The notes beneath the pieces are model-generated. The model did not search any database, was not told the origin of the DNA, and saw nothing but the letters and a program-made list of their open reading frames with translations. From the IMG/VR virus record IMGVR_UViG_3300037507_002920, positions 1 to 64,000 of that record: a stretch of 64,000 bases of DNA; one strand, given 5' to 3'. Shown piece by piece: positions 21,866-31,673 of this stretch (position 1 is the first letter of the stretch; each line of letters opens with the position of its first letter). Position numbers and translations under genes: made by a program. This DNA is from a virus. Its lineage: Duplodnaviria; Caudoviricetes.

Positions 21866-22648
21866 ATGAAAAATTTAAATAACATAATAAAAAAACATTT
21901 GAGAATAGTATCAGAGCAATCAGAACTAGAGGATAGACCTGAAAATTACATGTTTTTTGATAATTTAGAACAAATGAGAAGACAATCTGACATTTTGATG
22001 AAACAAGACAAAAGAGTGGTGGATTCGATAATGAAAGAACATGATTGGGCTCAAGACCATATAACTGAAGCAAAAAGTTTATTAGACCAAGTGTTTGATT
22101 TTTTAATGAATCAAATTGAACCGTCAAATAAACTGAAAGCAGATGTATCACAATTTAGTTTAAATGAAGATGATGATTTTTTAAATGAAGAATATCAAAT
22201 AGATGAAAGCAAAAACTGTCCCACAAATCCAAAATTATGGGCAGCAGCCAAAGCCGCAGCTAAATCTAAATTTGATGTTTATCCCAGTGCTTACGCAAAT
22301 GGTTGGGCTGCTAAACGATATAAATCAAAAGGTGGTGGATGGAAAAAATGTAAAAAATCAACAAATGAAAATCTAAATGAAGATAAAAAGGAAGATTACA
22401 AAGTTTACCATAATTCATACACTTCAGCCGTAAATGAGGCGTTAGAATATGCAGAAAAAAGAGGTTATAGTTATGATAAAGAAGAAACAGCAGATAAAAT
22501 AGGTATGGGTCCAAAAAAACCAGATGAAGGAAAAACAAATAGATTTTCAATAACATTATATAAAGGAGAAAAGGAACAGAAAAAGAAATTACAAATCCAA
22601 ATTTATGGGATGAAAGAGAAATATGAATTAAACTGTTATATTAATTAA
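21866..22648 (+). CDS. multi-module hypothetical protein (probable head cargo)
   Basis: short modules separated by LNE/IDE motifs; basic module PKLWAAAK...YPSAYANGW...KGGGWK. Confidence 0.6.
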   Translation: MKNLNNIIKKHLRIVSEQSELEDRPENYMFFDNLEQMRRQSDILMKQDKRVVDSIMKEHDWAQDHITEAKSLLDQVFDFLMNQIEPSNKLKADVSQFSLNEDDDFLNEEYQIDESKNCPTNPKLWAAAKAAAKSKFDVYPSAYANGWAAKRYKSKGGGWKKCKKSTNENLNEDKKEDYKVYHNSYTSAVNEALEYAEKRGYSYDKEETADKIGMGPKKPDEGKTNRFSITLYKGEKEQKKKLQIQIYGMKEKYELNCYIN

Positions 22649-22650
22649 TT

Positions 22651-23628
22651 ATGAAAATTATAGTTAACGAAGAAGATAAACAATACCTAAAAGAGTGTCT
22701 TGAAAGTGGTGAAGTATTAAAAGAAGATTTAAGACGTTGGTTTAAAGAAAAATGGGTAGACGTTAGTAGAAAAATTGACGGAAAACACCCACCCTGTGGT
22801 AGAAAAGACGCAGATGGGGATAAGGAAAGAAAAGGTTATCCCAAATGTAGACCATTAAAAAAGGTTTCTAAAGATACACCAAAAACCGCGGGTTCTTATT
22901 CAAAAAATGAAAAAAAATCTATGACAACTCAAAAAAGAAATGCTGAAAAAAAAGAACCAAAGATTGGAAAGGGTAACAAACCAACATTTACTCGTTTTGA
23001 TGAAAATAACATCATTACATTGGATTTTAATGAAATAATGGAAACTTACTCACCTCCAAAATTAAGTGTCTTAAATGAGTCTAAAATGATTCTGAGTGAA
23101 GGGTTAAATTATCATATTACACAAGAAAAACCACTTATAGAAAATATATATAGAATTTATTCAGAAAAGTTTTTTAATTTATTTAATGAATCAAGAAACC
23201 TTTATGATAACGGAATTTTATTACTTGAAGGAGATGATTTAGAACTTATTAAAACCGATATCGGTTTAACAGGAATTTACGAAGGAGAAGAAGTTTATTT
23301 AGATATTCCATTTATTTTAAATGAAGAAGAATATCTTGTTGAAGCCAAACATAGAGGTAAAAATGTTAAACTAAATAAACCATTTAGAACACCAGGTGGT
23401 CCTAAGAAATTTGCGGTATATGTAAAAAATAGTAGTGGTAATGTTGTTAAAGTAACATTTGGTGACCCTAATCTAAGAGTTAGGAATAATAATCCAAAAG
23501 CCGCAAAATCTTTTAGGGCTAGACATAAATGTGACCAAAAGAAGGATAGGACTACTCCGGGGTACTGGAGTTGCAATATTTCTAGATATCGTAAAGCACT
23601 TGGAATCAAATCGTCAAGTCCATGGTAA
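22651..23628 (+). CDS. multi-module basic protein (probable head cargo)
   Basis: modules LRRWFKEKWVD...PCGR...YPKCRP and KKFAVYV...FGDP...SFRARHKC...YWSC, of a kind I recall from large DNA viruses. Confidence 0.6.
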   Translation: MKIIVNEEDKQYLKECLESGEVLKEDLRRWFKEKWVDVSRKIDGKHPPCGRKDADGDKERKGYPKCRPLKKVSKDTPKTAGSYSKNEKKSMTTQKRNAEKKEPKIGKGNKPTFTRFDENNIITLDFNEIMETYSPPKLSVLNESKMILSEGLNYHITQEKPLIENIYRIYSEKFFNLFNESRNLYDNGILLLEGDDLELIKTDIGLTGIYEGEEVYLDIPFILNEEEYLVEAKHRGKNVKLNKPFRTPGGPKKFAVYVKNSSGNVVKVTFGDPNLRVRNNNPKAAKSFRARHKCDQKKDRTTPGYWSCNISRYRKALGIKSSSPW

Positions 23629-23912
23629 AAAATTTACCATTTAAAGAAAAACAACAAGAAGATTATTACATTAGAACATTTTCTTCCGTTTTAAATGAAA
23701 CAGAATTAAAATGGCATTTCGATGAAGAAGACAGAATCGTTATTTGTGAACACGATACTGATTGGATGTTCCAAATGGATGATGAATTACCCATACAAAT
23801 TAAAAAAAATACTCCCATTTTTATACATGAGGGTACTTATCATAGAATTATTAAAGGAACGGGTAATTTAACTGTTAAAGTTAAAAAACTTATTAATAAT
23901 AACGTACATTAA
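23622..23912 (+). CDS. cupin-fold protein
   Basis: WHFDEEDR...IFIHEGTYHRIIKG. Confidence 0.65.
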   Translation: MVKNLPFKEKQQEDYYIRTFSSVLNETELKWHFDEEDRIVICEHDTDWMFQMDDELPIQIKKNTPIFIHEGTYHRIIKGTGNLTVKVKKLINNNVH

Positions 23913-24333
23913 CACCACACTCATCAAAGAGTTGTAAACTTCTTTTTTGAGACTCCACCCATTTCTCTTTATTTTTAGTAGTACATTCAGTTTTACACCA
24001 CACAACTTTAATTCCTGAGTTAACAATTGCTCTGGCACAATCCATACACGGTATCCCTGAAGTTAAATAAATTGTGGAATCTTTAAGTGATACTCCTATT
24101 CGTGCCGCATTATATATTCCATTACGCTCTGCGTGTTCAAACCAAAAATACTTCTCGGGTCTTTCTTGACGTTCATCTTTATTGTCGTCTAAACCTCTTG
24201 GAAATGAATTATAACCCGTAGATAAAATTTCATTATCTTTTCCAACAATAACCGCACCTATTTGTGTCGATTTATCTTTAGACTTTAACTTTACCTGTTC
24301 GGCAATATTCAAAAAATATTCTTCCCAACTCAT
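23893..24333 (-). CDS. dCMP deaminase
   Basis: STGYN, HAERN and PCMDC zinc motifs. Confidence 0.92.
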   Translation of the reverse strand: MSWEEYFLNIAEQVKLKSKDKSTQIGAVIVGKDNEILSTGYNSFPRGLDDNKDERQERPEKYFWFEHAERNGIYNAARIGVSLKDSTIYLTSGIPCMDCARAIVNSGIKVVWCKTECTTKNKEKWVESQKRSLQLFDECGVNVRYY

Positions 24334-24518
24334 TTTAATTTTTCTTTAGAACAAAAATACACTCTATCATCAGAGTAATAATTTAACCGATACGATAATC
24401 CTTTAATTATTAATTTACTCATTTCACTTAAACTAATAGAGTCTCTAATATCAATTCCTGTGATATATCCATCTTTTGACTTTTCATAGGTTATCGATTT
24501 TGTTTTTTGTGATTCCAT
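24330..24518 (-). CDS. hypothetical protein
   Basis: MESQKTK... start just downstream of a TATATTTG motif. Confidence 0.45.
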   Translation of the reverse strand: MESQKTKSITYEKSKDGYITGIDIRDSISLSEMSKLIIKGLSYRLNYYSDDRVYFCSKEKLK

Positions 24519-24548
24519 ATTACAAATATACAAAAGAATGGTGCAATA

Positions 24549-24578
24549 AAAAAGGGGGACATAATCCCCCTTTTTTTT
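24549..24578. terminator. intrinsic terminator after the major capsid gene
   Basis: AAAAAGGGGGA-CATAA-TCCCCCTTTTTTT hairpin with A/T tracts on both sides. Confidence 0.8.
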
Positions 24579-24594
24579 AATAAGATAATTTAGA

Positions 24595-26334
24595 TTATCT
24601 TAAGGTGTCAAGACTGAAAGTCTGTAGACCATTTACGTTAATCACACCGAAGTAACGGTTGTTCACCATTTTCTTCGCGTATCTTGTCATGATACCTTTG
24701 ATTGGTGTGAAGTTAAATGGATTGTACATTGTAGGTGTTAATTGTAGTGGAACGTATGGTGCGTAGATGTAACCAGCGTCCAACAATGATTTACCTTTGT
24801 GACCGATGATGATTTTACCAGCTGGTAAATAGGGGTCACGATAAACTTGATAACGACCTGCTAATGAACCAATCTTCTCAATACCCATGTTATATTGGTC
24901 TTGCTCAGGGTTAGCGTTTGAAACGTGGAAGTACTCCAAGTCATCAAATACTGCAGATACCTCAGAAGATACAACAATCCAGTTAGCTCCACCTCTCAAG
25001 GTAGTTTTATGGATTTGAGCCGAGATTTGGTTAATTTTGGTAACCAATGTTTGGTTCCAATCTTTTTGGGTGTAACCAGCGTATGATGAACCATTGTTAC
25101 CATATTTCCACTCGTTATAATCCCATTTAGCTGTCCAAGCAGCGCCTTTACGAAGGTCACGAAGAATTTCACGGTCGATTTCAGCTGCGATTTGTTCAGA
25201 CAATAAAGCTGTTAATTCAGCTTCAGCGTCGATGTTATGGAACGCACTTACGTCTTGTGCCAATTCAGGAGACCAGCTAGCTCTTAACTTTCTTTCAGTT
25301 ACAGAAACTGTTACTGATTCCAAGTCAAAAGATACTTCACCGATTTCTTCTTCGAATTCAAGTGAACTATATTCTCTCCAACTTACCGAGAAGTCAGCAG
25401 CCGCTAATGTTGAACCTGCTACAGTGTAACCAGTGTAACCCGCAGTTGAACTATATGACTCAAGGTCAACAGATAAATAGATGATACCATCTTGGTCACA
25501 AATGTTATTGTAGTTACCCGTTCTACCAGCGGTTTTTGTTCCGTACTCAACGATACCTTTACCATATTTCTGTGTTACCACATTAAAAGGTAATGCAGCA
25601 TAACCTGAAGTGTGACCACTTAATTGGTTAGCGGCAATTGTTAATGATGCTAAGAATTCTTCAGTATCCATAACGTGACCATTAGGACCCGCAAGTTTAC
25701 CGGCTCCATCATAAGTTGAGGTGAAACCTGAAACTTTTAAGATAACACTCGATACTGTAACACCAGTCGCAATTGCTGATTGAGTTGATGCAACACCATT
25801 AGAGAAAGTTACTAACTCGATTGGGTTAACAGTCACAGTACTAAACGCACCTTTTGAGTAATCGAACAAACCTTGGTCGTTGGCATCACTACCTTCATAA
25901 AAACGGTCATACAAGTTGTTACCAGTATAACCAGTGTTAGGGTCAGTTAATGAACTTGGGAAACCATAAGGTTGATAGTGTCCGTTACTTGCAGTTCTTT
26001 CTTGAATTTTAGGTACAAAATAGAACAATTTACCGATTGGTAAGTTCATCGCTTGTACAGATACGATATCGTTCGCTAATAATTTAGAGAATACACGTCT
26101 GATGATTGGAAATACAACAGTTTCAAATGAACCTGAAGCATCAGCAACAGCCGCTTCGTTTATCAAATATGACGCTTGGTTTTCATACAATTGCGCGATA
26201 TTATCTTTTTGATGACCACCAAGACCTTCAAGAAATCCTAGTTCATCCCATTTTTTAATGGTATCTTCTTTGATAACACGGAGGTGTTTTAATCCAATGT
26301 TACCAACCATACCTGATTCTAATAATGCTCCCAT
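24595..26334 (-). CDS. major capsid protein (T4 gp23-like)
   Basis: VSVQAMNLP.G, RKLRASWSPELAQD...H.IDAEAEL and YAPYVPL...GIMTRYA motifs. Confidence 0.96.
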   Translation of the reverse strand: MGALLESGMVGNIGLKHLRVIKEDTIKKWDELGFLEGLGGHQKDNIAQLYENQASYLINEAAVADASGSFETVVFPIIRRVFSKLLANDIVSVQAMNLPIGKLFYFVPKIQERTASNGHYQPYGFPSSLTDPNTGYTGNNLYDRFYEGSDANDQGLFDYSKGAFSTVTVNPIELVTFSNGVASTQSAIATGVTVSSVILKVSGFTSTYDGAGKLAGPNGHVMDTEEFLASLTIAANQLSGHTSGYAALPFNVVTQKYGKGIVEYGTKTAGRTGNYNNICDQDGIIYLSVDLESYSSTAGYTGYTVAGSTLAAADFSVSWREYSSLEFEEEIGEVSFDLESVTVSVTERKLRASWSPELAQDVSAFHNIDAEAELTALLSEQIAAEIDREILRDLRKGAAWTAKWDYNEWKYGNNGSSYAGYTQKDWNQTLVTKINQISAQIHKTTLRGGANWIVVSSEVSAVFDDLEYFHVSNANPEQDQYNMGIEKIGSLAGRYQVYRDPYLPAGKIIIGHKGKSLLDAGYIYAPYVPLQLTPTMYNPFNFTPIKGIMTRYAKKMVNNRYFGVINVNGLQTFSLDTLR

Positions 26335-26369
26335 TTTTTTAGATTTTTATTTTTTTTAAGTTTATTTTT

Positions 26370-27560
26370 TTATTTTATTTTTGACATTAAATCTTTCATT
26401 CTTTTAAATTGTGGATTCTCATAAGCCTTAGACTCAGATAACACATTTGTAGAAGAAGATGTTGGTGTCTGATTTATTTTTTCAACCACCGATTCAGTTA
26501 CAGGTTTTTTAGTATTTAATTCGGTTTTTATTGAACTATATAAGTTCTTAGATTCTTTCAAGGTTGAAATTGAGTCGAATCTTTTTAAGATATTTAATTT
26601 TTCTTGTTTTGTAGTTGAATGCTCGGTAAATAAACGAGTTGCGTAAGCCAAATTAGCGTTAAAGACAGCAACTTCATTTAACTTTTCTTTGAATAAGACT
26701 AATGCCTTTTTATATTCATCGTTTTGTTTTTTGAGTTTACTAACTTCTTCGTTAATTTCTTCTCTTTTGTTACCCGCTTTATACACGTTTTTAGATTTTA
26801 AACCCCCATGGTAACCAAAACCCATTGTACGAGCAGATTCATCAACGTCTCCTTCAACTGGTTCTACATCTCCCTCTGTTGTGTCAACTTCGTCAACATC
26901 ATCAAGTTCAATTTCATAAACAGTTTCGTCAGACATCATGTCTTCTTCATCCATTGGCATTTCGTCGGACATCATGTCCTCTTCATCCATTGGCATTTCA
27001 TCAGACATCATTTCGTCTTCATCAACCGGCATTTCGTCAGACATCATGTCTTCTTCATCTAATTGGATGATATATTCATCATCGCCATCAGATAATTCAA
27101 TATGATTATCGTCTTTTTTAACGATTACACCATCATTTGGTCCCATTGCTTTGAAGACTTTTAAAATTTCATCCTCATCTGCATTGGTCATGTCTAACAC
27201 ATCTTCATCATCAGAATCCATGTCATCCATAGATGGACCCATGTCGTCATCAGAATCCATGTCATCCATAGATGGACCCATGTCGTCATCAGAATCTAAT
27301 GAATCAATATCTTTTGATGGTTCATCACCTTCATTATCTGGATTTTCGTCATCACCAGTAACAACTGGTACATCGTCTGTGTCCTCTTCAGAATCAGGTT
27401 GTTCTTCAACCTCTTTCTCTTCTTCTAATGATTCTTTTAGCAAATCGTTTAGTTCCTGTTTCATTGTAGAAGCCAGTATACCTTTTGCATTCGCTTTTAC
27501 CGCTTCTTCAAGTGTTTGAACCTGAAGTAATGCTTGTTCTAAAATTGATTTGTCGCTCAT
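26370..27560 (-). CDS. prohead core/scaffold protein
   Basis: highly acidic coiled-coil protein located between protease and capsid genes. Confidence 0.75.
   Translation of the reverse strand: MSDKSILEQALLQVQTLEEAVKANAKGILASTMKQELNDLLKESLEEEKEVEEQPDSEEDTDDVPVVTGDDENPDNEGDEPSKDIDSLDSDDDMGPSMDDMDSDDDMGPSMDDMDSDDEDVLDMTNADEDEILKVFKAMGPNDGVIVKKDDNHIELSDGDDEYIIQLDEEDMMSDEMPVDEDEMMSDEMPMDEEDMMSDEMPMDEEDMMSDETVYEIELDDVDEVDTTEGDVEPVEGDVDESARTMGFGYHGGLKSKNVYKAGNKREEINEEVSKLKKQNDEYKKALVLFKEKLNEVAVFNANLAYATRLFTEHSTTKQEKLNILKRFDSISTLKESKNLYSSIKTELNTKKPVTESVVEKINQTPTSSSTNVLSESKAYENPQFKRMKDLMSKIK
26930..27300 (-). repeat. coding repeats in scaffold: 36-bp (EDMMSDEMPMDE) about 3.5 copies, and 39-bp (SDDDMGPSMDDMD) 2 copies
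   Basis: direct repeats visible in DNA and protein. Confidence 0.85.
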
Positions 27561-27639
27561 TTTTATGAATATATTTTTATAATAAATATATTGTTTTTAT
27601 AAAAAAAACATTATTTATGTTATTAAAAACGTAAAAAAA

Positions 27640-28323
27640 TTATTTTGATAAAAAATTATCTAATTTTGACATAAGATTTTTCATTTTATCAAAATCTTTT
27701 GGTTTTTCATTTAGTGATTCTTGATATTGTTCTCTATCATTTATATCTGAAAAAATGTAAGCGCCTGGTGTACTCGGGGATGATACTAAATCAAAACATA
27801 CCAATTCAAAATCATCTTGAACAATATTTTGTCCTTTAACATTTTTTAATGAACCAACACCTCTAGATGAAATACCAAGAGTCGCTCCATTCATAATTAA
27901 CATTGCCGCTTGGTCCCCTTTAGTACTAACTATACCCATTTTTTTCCAAGCTGGTGATGTAAAAAGTTTTATCTTACCCATTAAGATTTTACCATCCCAC
28001 CATGTTTCCAAAATAGAATGGGAAACTCTATCTAAATCAATAAGTGAAGACGAAGGATGGTTCAATTCGTTTAAAGCACCACCTTTTTTTATTAAGGTTT
28101 GGTATTTTTCGTTTTCCCTTTTTAATAAAAGTTCAGGATATATTCTACCATTTTTGTTTGGGGTATCATATTTCTGTAAAACAGCATATAAAACAATATC
28201 TTGAGAGAAATCCATATCTCTCATTTCAGAAATTATTTTTTTATTGTCTTCGTATGAAACATAACCGGCATCGTATTCCAAAAGAATACCTCTACCGGTA
28301 TCGTTAGGTCCTAATATTTTCAT
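27640..28323 (-). CDS. prohead protease (T4 gp21-like)
   Basis: NKNGRIYP, ELNHP, VSH, GISSRGVGS and DLVSSPS motifs. Confidence 0.93.
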   Translation of the reverse strand: MKILGPNDTGRGILLEYDAGYVSYEDNKKIISEMRDMDFSQDIVLYAVLQKYDTPNKNGRIYPELLLKRENEKYQTLIKKGGALNELNHPSSSLIDLDRVSHSILETWWDGKILMGKIKLFTSPAWKKMGIVSTKGDQAAMLIMNGATLGISSRGVGSLKNVKGQNIVQDDFELVCFDLVSSPSTPGAYIFSDINDREQYQESLNEKPKDFDKMKNLMSKLDNFLSK

Positions 28324-28356
28324 TAATCTTTTTACAATAAATACTTCATAAAAAGA

Positions 28357-28782
28357 TTAATTCTTTTTATCGAAGAAATTGTAAAAAGTTTTATCAATGA
28401 GTATTGTATCAATAATGTTTTTTGAAAAATTAGAAACAAATGTCTTTACCTCTTTAGACCTTACATCGAAAGGTTTATTAACGTATAATGTTATTTCTAA
28501 GTCCATAAAAGACCTTTTATTTAATTTAACTCCATTTGTTTTTATATCCAAATCAACAATACATTGATTCTTAAAAAAATCAGAATTAAGAAAATAAACA
28601 TTATCTTTTATTTTTTTTCTTGTTTTAAATATTAGTTTATTAAAGTCTTGTTCGTTTGATGTTGGTTCTATCCAAGAATTTAATTGTACGTAAATTGTTT
28701 TTAAATTTTTATAATCTACAGTTCCATAACCTATTTTTACACTATCGTGTGAACCAATTGATATAAACTTTCCTTTTTTCAT
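28357..28782 (-). CDS. hypothetical protein
   Basis: 141-aa ORF. Confidence 0.6.
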   Translation of the reverse strand: MKKGKFISIGSHDSVKIGYGTVDYKNLKTIYVQLNSWIEPTSNEQDFNKLIFKTRKKIKDNVYFLNSDFFKNQCIVDLDIKTNGVKLNKRSFMDLEITLYVNKPFDVRSKEVKTFVSNFSKNIIDTILIDKTFYNFFDKKN

Positions 28783-28881
28783 TATTATTTATCATATATA
28801 ATATATTTTATGGTGTATACAAAATATATGAAATAATGTTAATAATTTAAAATTTTTTTCGTATATTTTAAAAAAAAACTT

Positions 28882-29082
28882 ATGATAAAAATTAACGTAA
28901 ACAAAGAAAAGGGATTAGAATCCGCCCTAAAAAAATATAAATATAGGGTACAAAAAACAAGACAAAATGAACAATTAAGAGATAGGGAAGAGTTTGTAAA
29001 ACCTTCGGTCGAAAAAAGAGACCAAATGCTTAAAGCAATTTATAGACAAAAAATGAAGAGTCAAGAAGAAAAGTCAAACTAG
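28882..29082 (+). CDS. rpsU: ribosomal protein bS21 (Bacteroidota-like)
   Basis: LESALKKYK...LRDREEFVKPSVEKR...KAIY; 66 aa, basic. Confidence 0.9.
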   Translation: MIKINVNKEKGLESALKKYKYRVQKTRQNEQLRDREEFVKPSVEKRDQMLKAIYRQKMKSQEEKSN

Positions 29083-29814
29083 ATTGTTCTTTAATTCAAG
29101 CAATTTGTAGTAGTCAAATTTTGTGGTATCGGTATTGTTTATTTCTGATACCACAATTTTTAATTTTTCTTTTAATGTGTCTTCATTTGATTCTTTAATC
29201 AAAGAATCAATTTTACCTAATAATTCTTTTTTGAGTTTTTTTGTTTCATTTTCTATTTCATTGGTGGACATTGAAACAATTTCATTAAATGTTGTTTTCT
29301 GCTCTTCGTTTAAAAAATCAGAATATTTTATATTAAAATTATTCACCAAAACAGCATTTAATAGTGAATGATTTTCTATTTGAACAGAAGGTACTTCCTC
29401 GTTATTTTTTTTCTTTTCTGAAATTAAATGAGATATTAAATTTTCTCTGGCATCAATTTTAGACGATATGTTATGTATATTAGATTCTTCAGATAATACA
29501 TCTAAATCACTGTAAATCGAATTGTTTTCTATAACAACATCTTTAAGTGATTTTTCAAACTCTTTCATATCCTTTTTCAAAGATTTCATTTTATCGATTA
29601 AAATGGGTTCAATAGATTCCACATATAATTTAGCTTTATCTTTAGTTGTGATATTAAGATTTTCTACATTTTCATAAAACATATACATTTCCACTAAAGA
29701 TTTATTTGATTTTAGTTTTTTTACTAAATCTTTTATTTCTACTTTATTTTTTGATGCATATGATTCAGTTAACTTTGTTAACATTTTTAATTTAAATTCT
29801 CCAAAATTTTTCAT
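29074..29814 (-). CDS. hypothetical head-module protein
   Basis: 246-aa helical ORF directly downstream of the portal gene. Confidence 0.6.
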   Translation of the reverse strand: MKNFGEFKLKMLTKLTESYASKNKVEIKDLVKKLKSNKSLVEMYMFYENVENLNITTKDKAKLYVESIEPILIDKMKSLKKDMKEFEKSLKDVVIENNSIYSDLDVLSEESNIHNISSKIDARENLISHLISEKKKNNEEVPSVQIENHSLLNAVLVNNFNIKYSDFLNEEQKTTFNEIVSMSTNEIENETKKLKKELLGKIDSLIKESNEDTLKEKLKIVVSEINNTDTTKFDYYKLLELKNNLV

Positions 29815-29818
29815 TTGA

Positions 29819-31621
29819 TTATTGGTTTAATATGTCTTTTAATTTATTTTCTATTTCATAAATATTCTGTTGGGCCTTATTAATATCAAATAAATCTTCT
29901 AAATTTTCAGATTCCCCTAAAATATTAAATAATCTATTTTTTTTATCTTCACTTAAAGGTTGTTCACCTCCACCTGTTGGTGGTGGACTTGGTGGGGGTG
30001 CCGCTCCCATATCCATACCTCCAACTTCACCCCCCTCTGGTGATTCACCCCCCTCTTGTCTTTCAGATTCAGGGACACCATATTTCGAATCAACTTCATC
30101 AAATACCCCTGAACGTTTAATTACGTTTTGTGTGTTTGTTAATTCAAAACCAATTGCTCTTTCAATTCTTTGTTGTTGTAAGTCTAACATAACTTCACTA
30201 TCACTCATTCCAAGAATATTTTTCTTCGCCCATGTATGTGACACTGGTAAAATACCAATTTGAGATTGGTCTGATGTTGCGTCTTTATATAGTAATATTT
30301 TTTCTTTCCATTGTTCTATTCTTAATAAATCAGATTGTGCTGATGGATTTGTAAGTGACAATGAAAAATTATTTAATTCATCTTCTAATCCAACAAGATA
30401 TAAATGAACTAAAGCAATTTTATTTAATTCATGTATTAAAGATTTTTGAATTCTATTAATAGTTCTTGCAAATCTAATATCCATTAACGCTAATGTTTTA
30501 CCATCACCAACAACTTCTTCAAAACCTAAAAACGCCTTTGGAATTCTTAACGCGGCTAACATTTTTTTCTGAATATATTCAATATCCGCAATTTCACCTA
30601 AATTCTGTGCACCTGGTAACGTCTCAATTGGATTGGTTTGTGCGGCATCACGAACAGGAATAAAATAGTCTTGGTCTACTGCCATTTGATTATATCTCAT
30701 ATCAACTTGACCATTTCTTGAGTCCACTACTTGGTCTCGTTTAAATTTATTGGCAACTCTTTGTACATATGGTTCAATGTCTTTATCATCCATATTACCA
30801 ACAAAAACTTTAAATACTCTTCTTTCAGGTGCTCTAGTTGTTCTATAAATTAACATCGCATCTTCAGCCAATAATAATTGTTTCCATATTCTTCTAATTT
30901 TATCCAACATACTGGTACCATATGGAAGTTTTCTATCATCACCTAAAAGTCTAAAATGGGCAATCTCCCAAGATTGAAATTCCATTTCTTTATTTTTCCA
31001 TTGAAATCTAAGTTCTCTGGTTGGCATTTGCATTGTATCCATTTGATTAGGGGTCTTACTTTCTTTACCCTCTAATCTCTCTATTTCAATATTTGGTAAT
31101 TGTTGACATCCAATTATACCATGTTCTGGATGAACTTTTATGTAAACAAAATTATCCCCATATTTACACATACCTCTAGCCCACATTTGTAAATTGGTAT
31201 TTAAATCTAATTTGTTGACAAATAAATCTTGTAAAACCGATTTAACTCTTTCAGATTCTGAAAAAATTGTTAATAAATCTCCTTTTTCAGATAATGTTGT
31301 CGATTCTTCAGCATAGATATCTAAAGCCGCGGAAATTTCCGGTGTGAATTCCATTGACTCAACATCATAATACATTGACAATCTGTTTGGTTCATAATAA
31401 ACGGATTGATTATAGAGTGATTGGTCAAGTTTAGAAAACTTATCAGCAATATATTGACTTTGTTGAGCCTGCAACATTGCTTTTTCATATTCTTCCCTAC
31501 TACTTGTTTTTAAAATTTGTTCTTTATCAAAATTAAAAGAAGGTGACTGTTCGGGTGTCACCTTACCTGGAAATCCAAATACTTTTGTTAATCTTTGAAA
31601 TACTGTTAAATTATCAGCCAT
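29819..31621 (-). CDS. portal protein (T4 gp20-like)
   Basis: LLAEDAMLIYRTTRAPERRVF, DYFIPVR and IETLPGAQNLGEIADIEY motifs. Confidence 0.95.
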   Translation of the reverse strand: MADNLTVFQRLTKVFGFPGKVTPEQSPSFNFDKEQILKTSSREEYEKAMLQAQQSQYIADKFSKLDQSLYNQSVYYEPNRLSMYYDVESMEFTPEISAALDIYAEESTTLSEKGDLLTIFSESERVKSVLQDLFVNKLDLNTNLQMWARGMCKYGDNFVYIKVHPEHGIIGCQQLPNIEIERLEGKESKTPNQMDTMQMPTRELRFQWKNKEMEFQSWEIAHFRLLGDDRKLPYGTSMLDKIRRIWKQLLLAEDAMLIYRTTRAPERRVFKVFVGNMDDKDIEPYVQRVANKFKRDQVVDSRNGQVDMRYNQMAVDQDYFIPVRDAAQTNPIETLPGAQNLGEIADIEYIQKKMLAALRIPKAFLGFEEVVGDGKTLALMDIRFARTINRIQKSLIHELNKIALVHLYLVGLEDELNNFSLSLTNPSAQSDLLRIEQWKEKILLYKDATSDQSQIGILPVSHTWAKKNILGMSDSEVMLDLQQQRIERAIGFELTNTQNVIKRSGVFDEVDSKYGVPESERQEGGESPEGGEVGGMDMGAAPPPSPPPTGGGEQPLSEDKKNRLFNILGESENLEDLFDINKAQQNIYEIENKLKDILNQ

Positions 31622-31673
31622 ATATATAAATAGTTAAAAATAATATAAACAAAAATTATTTGATAATGTACGA

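Noticed and set aside
26808-27519. Plus-strand ORFs opposite the scaffold gene, and similar shadows at 2896, 2910, 36370, 36800 and 36842
   Set aside because: Antisense or alternate-frame shadows of low-complexity coding repeats
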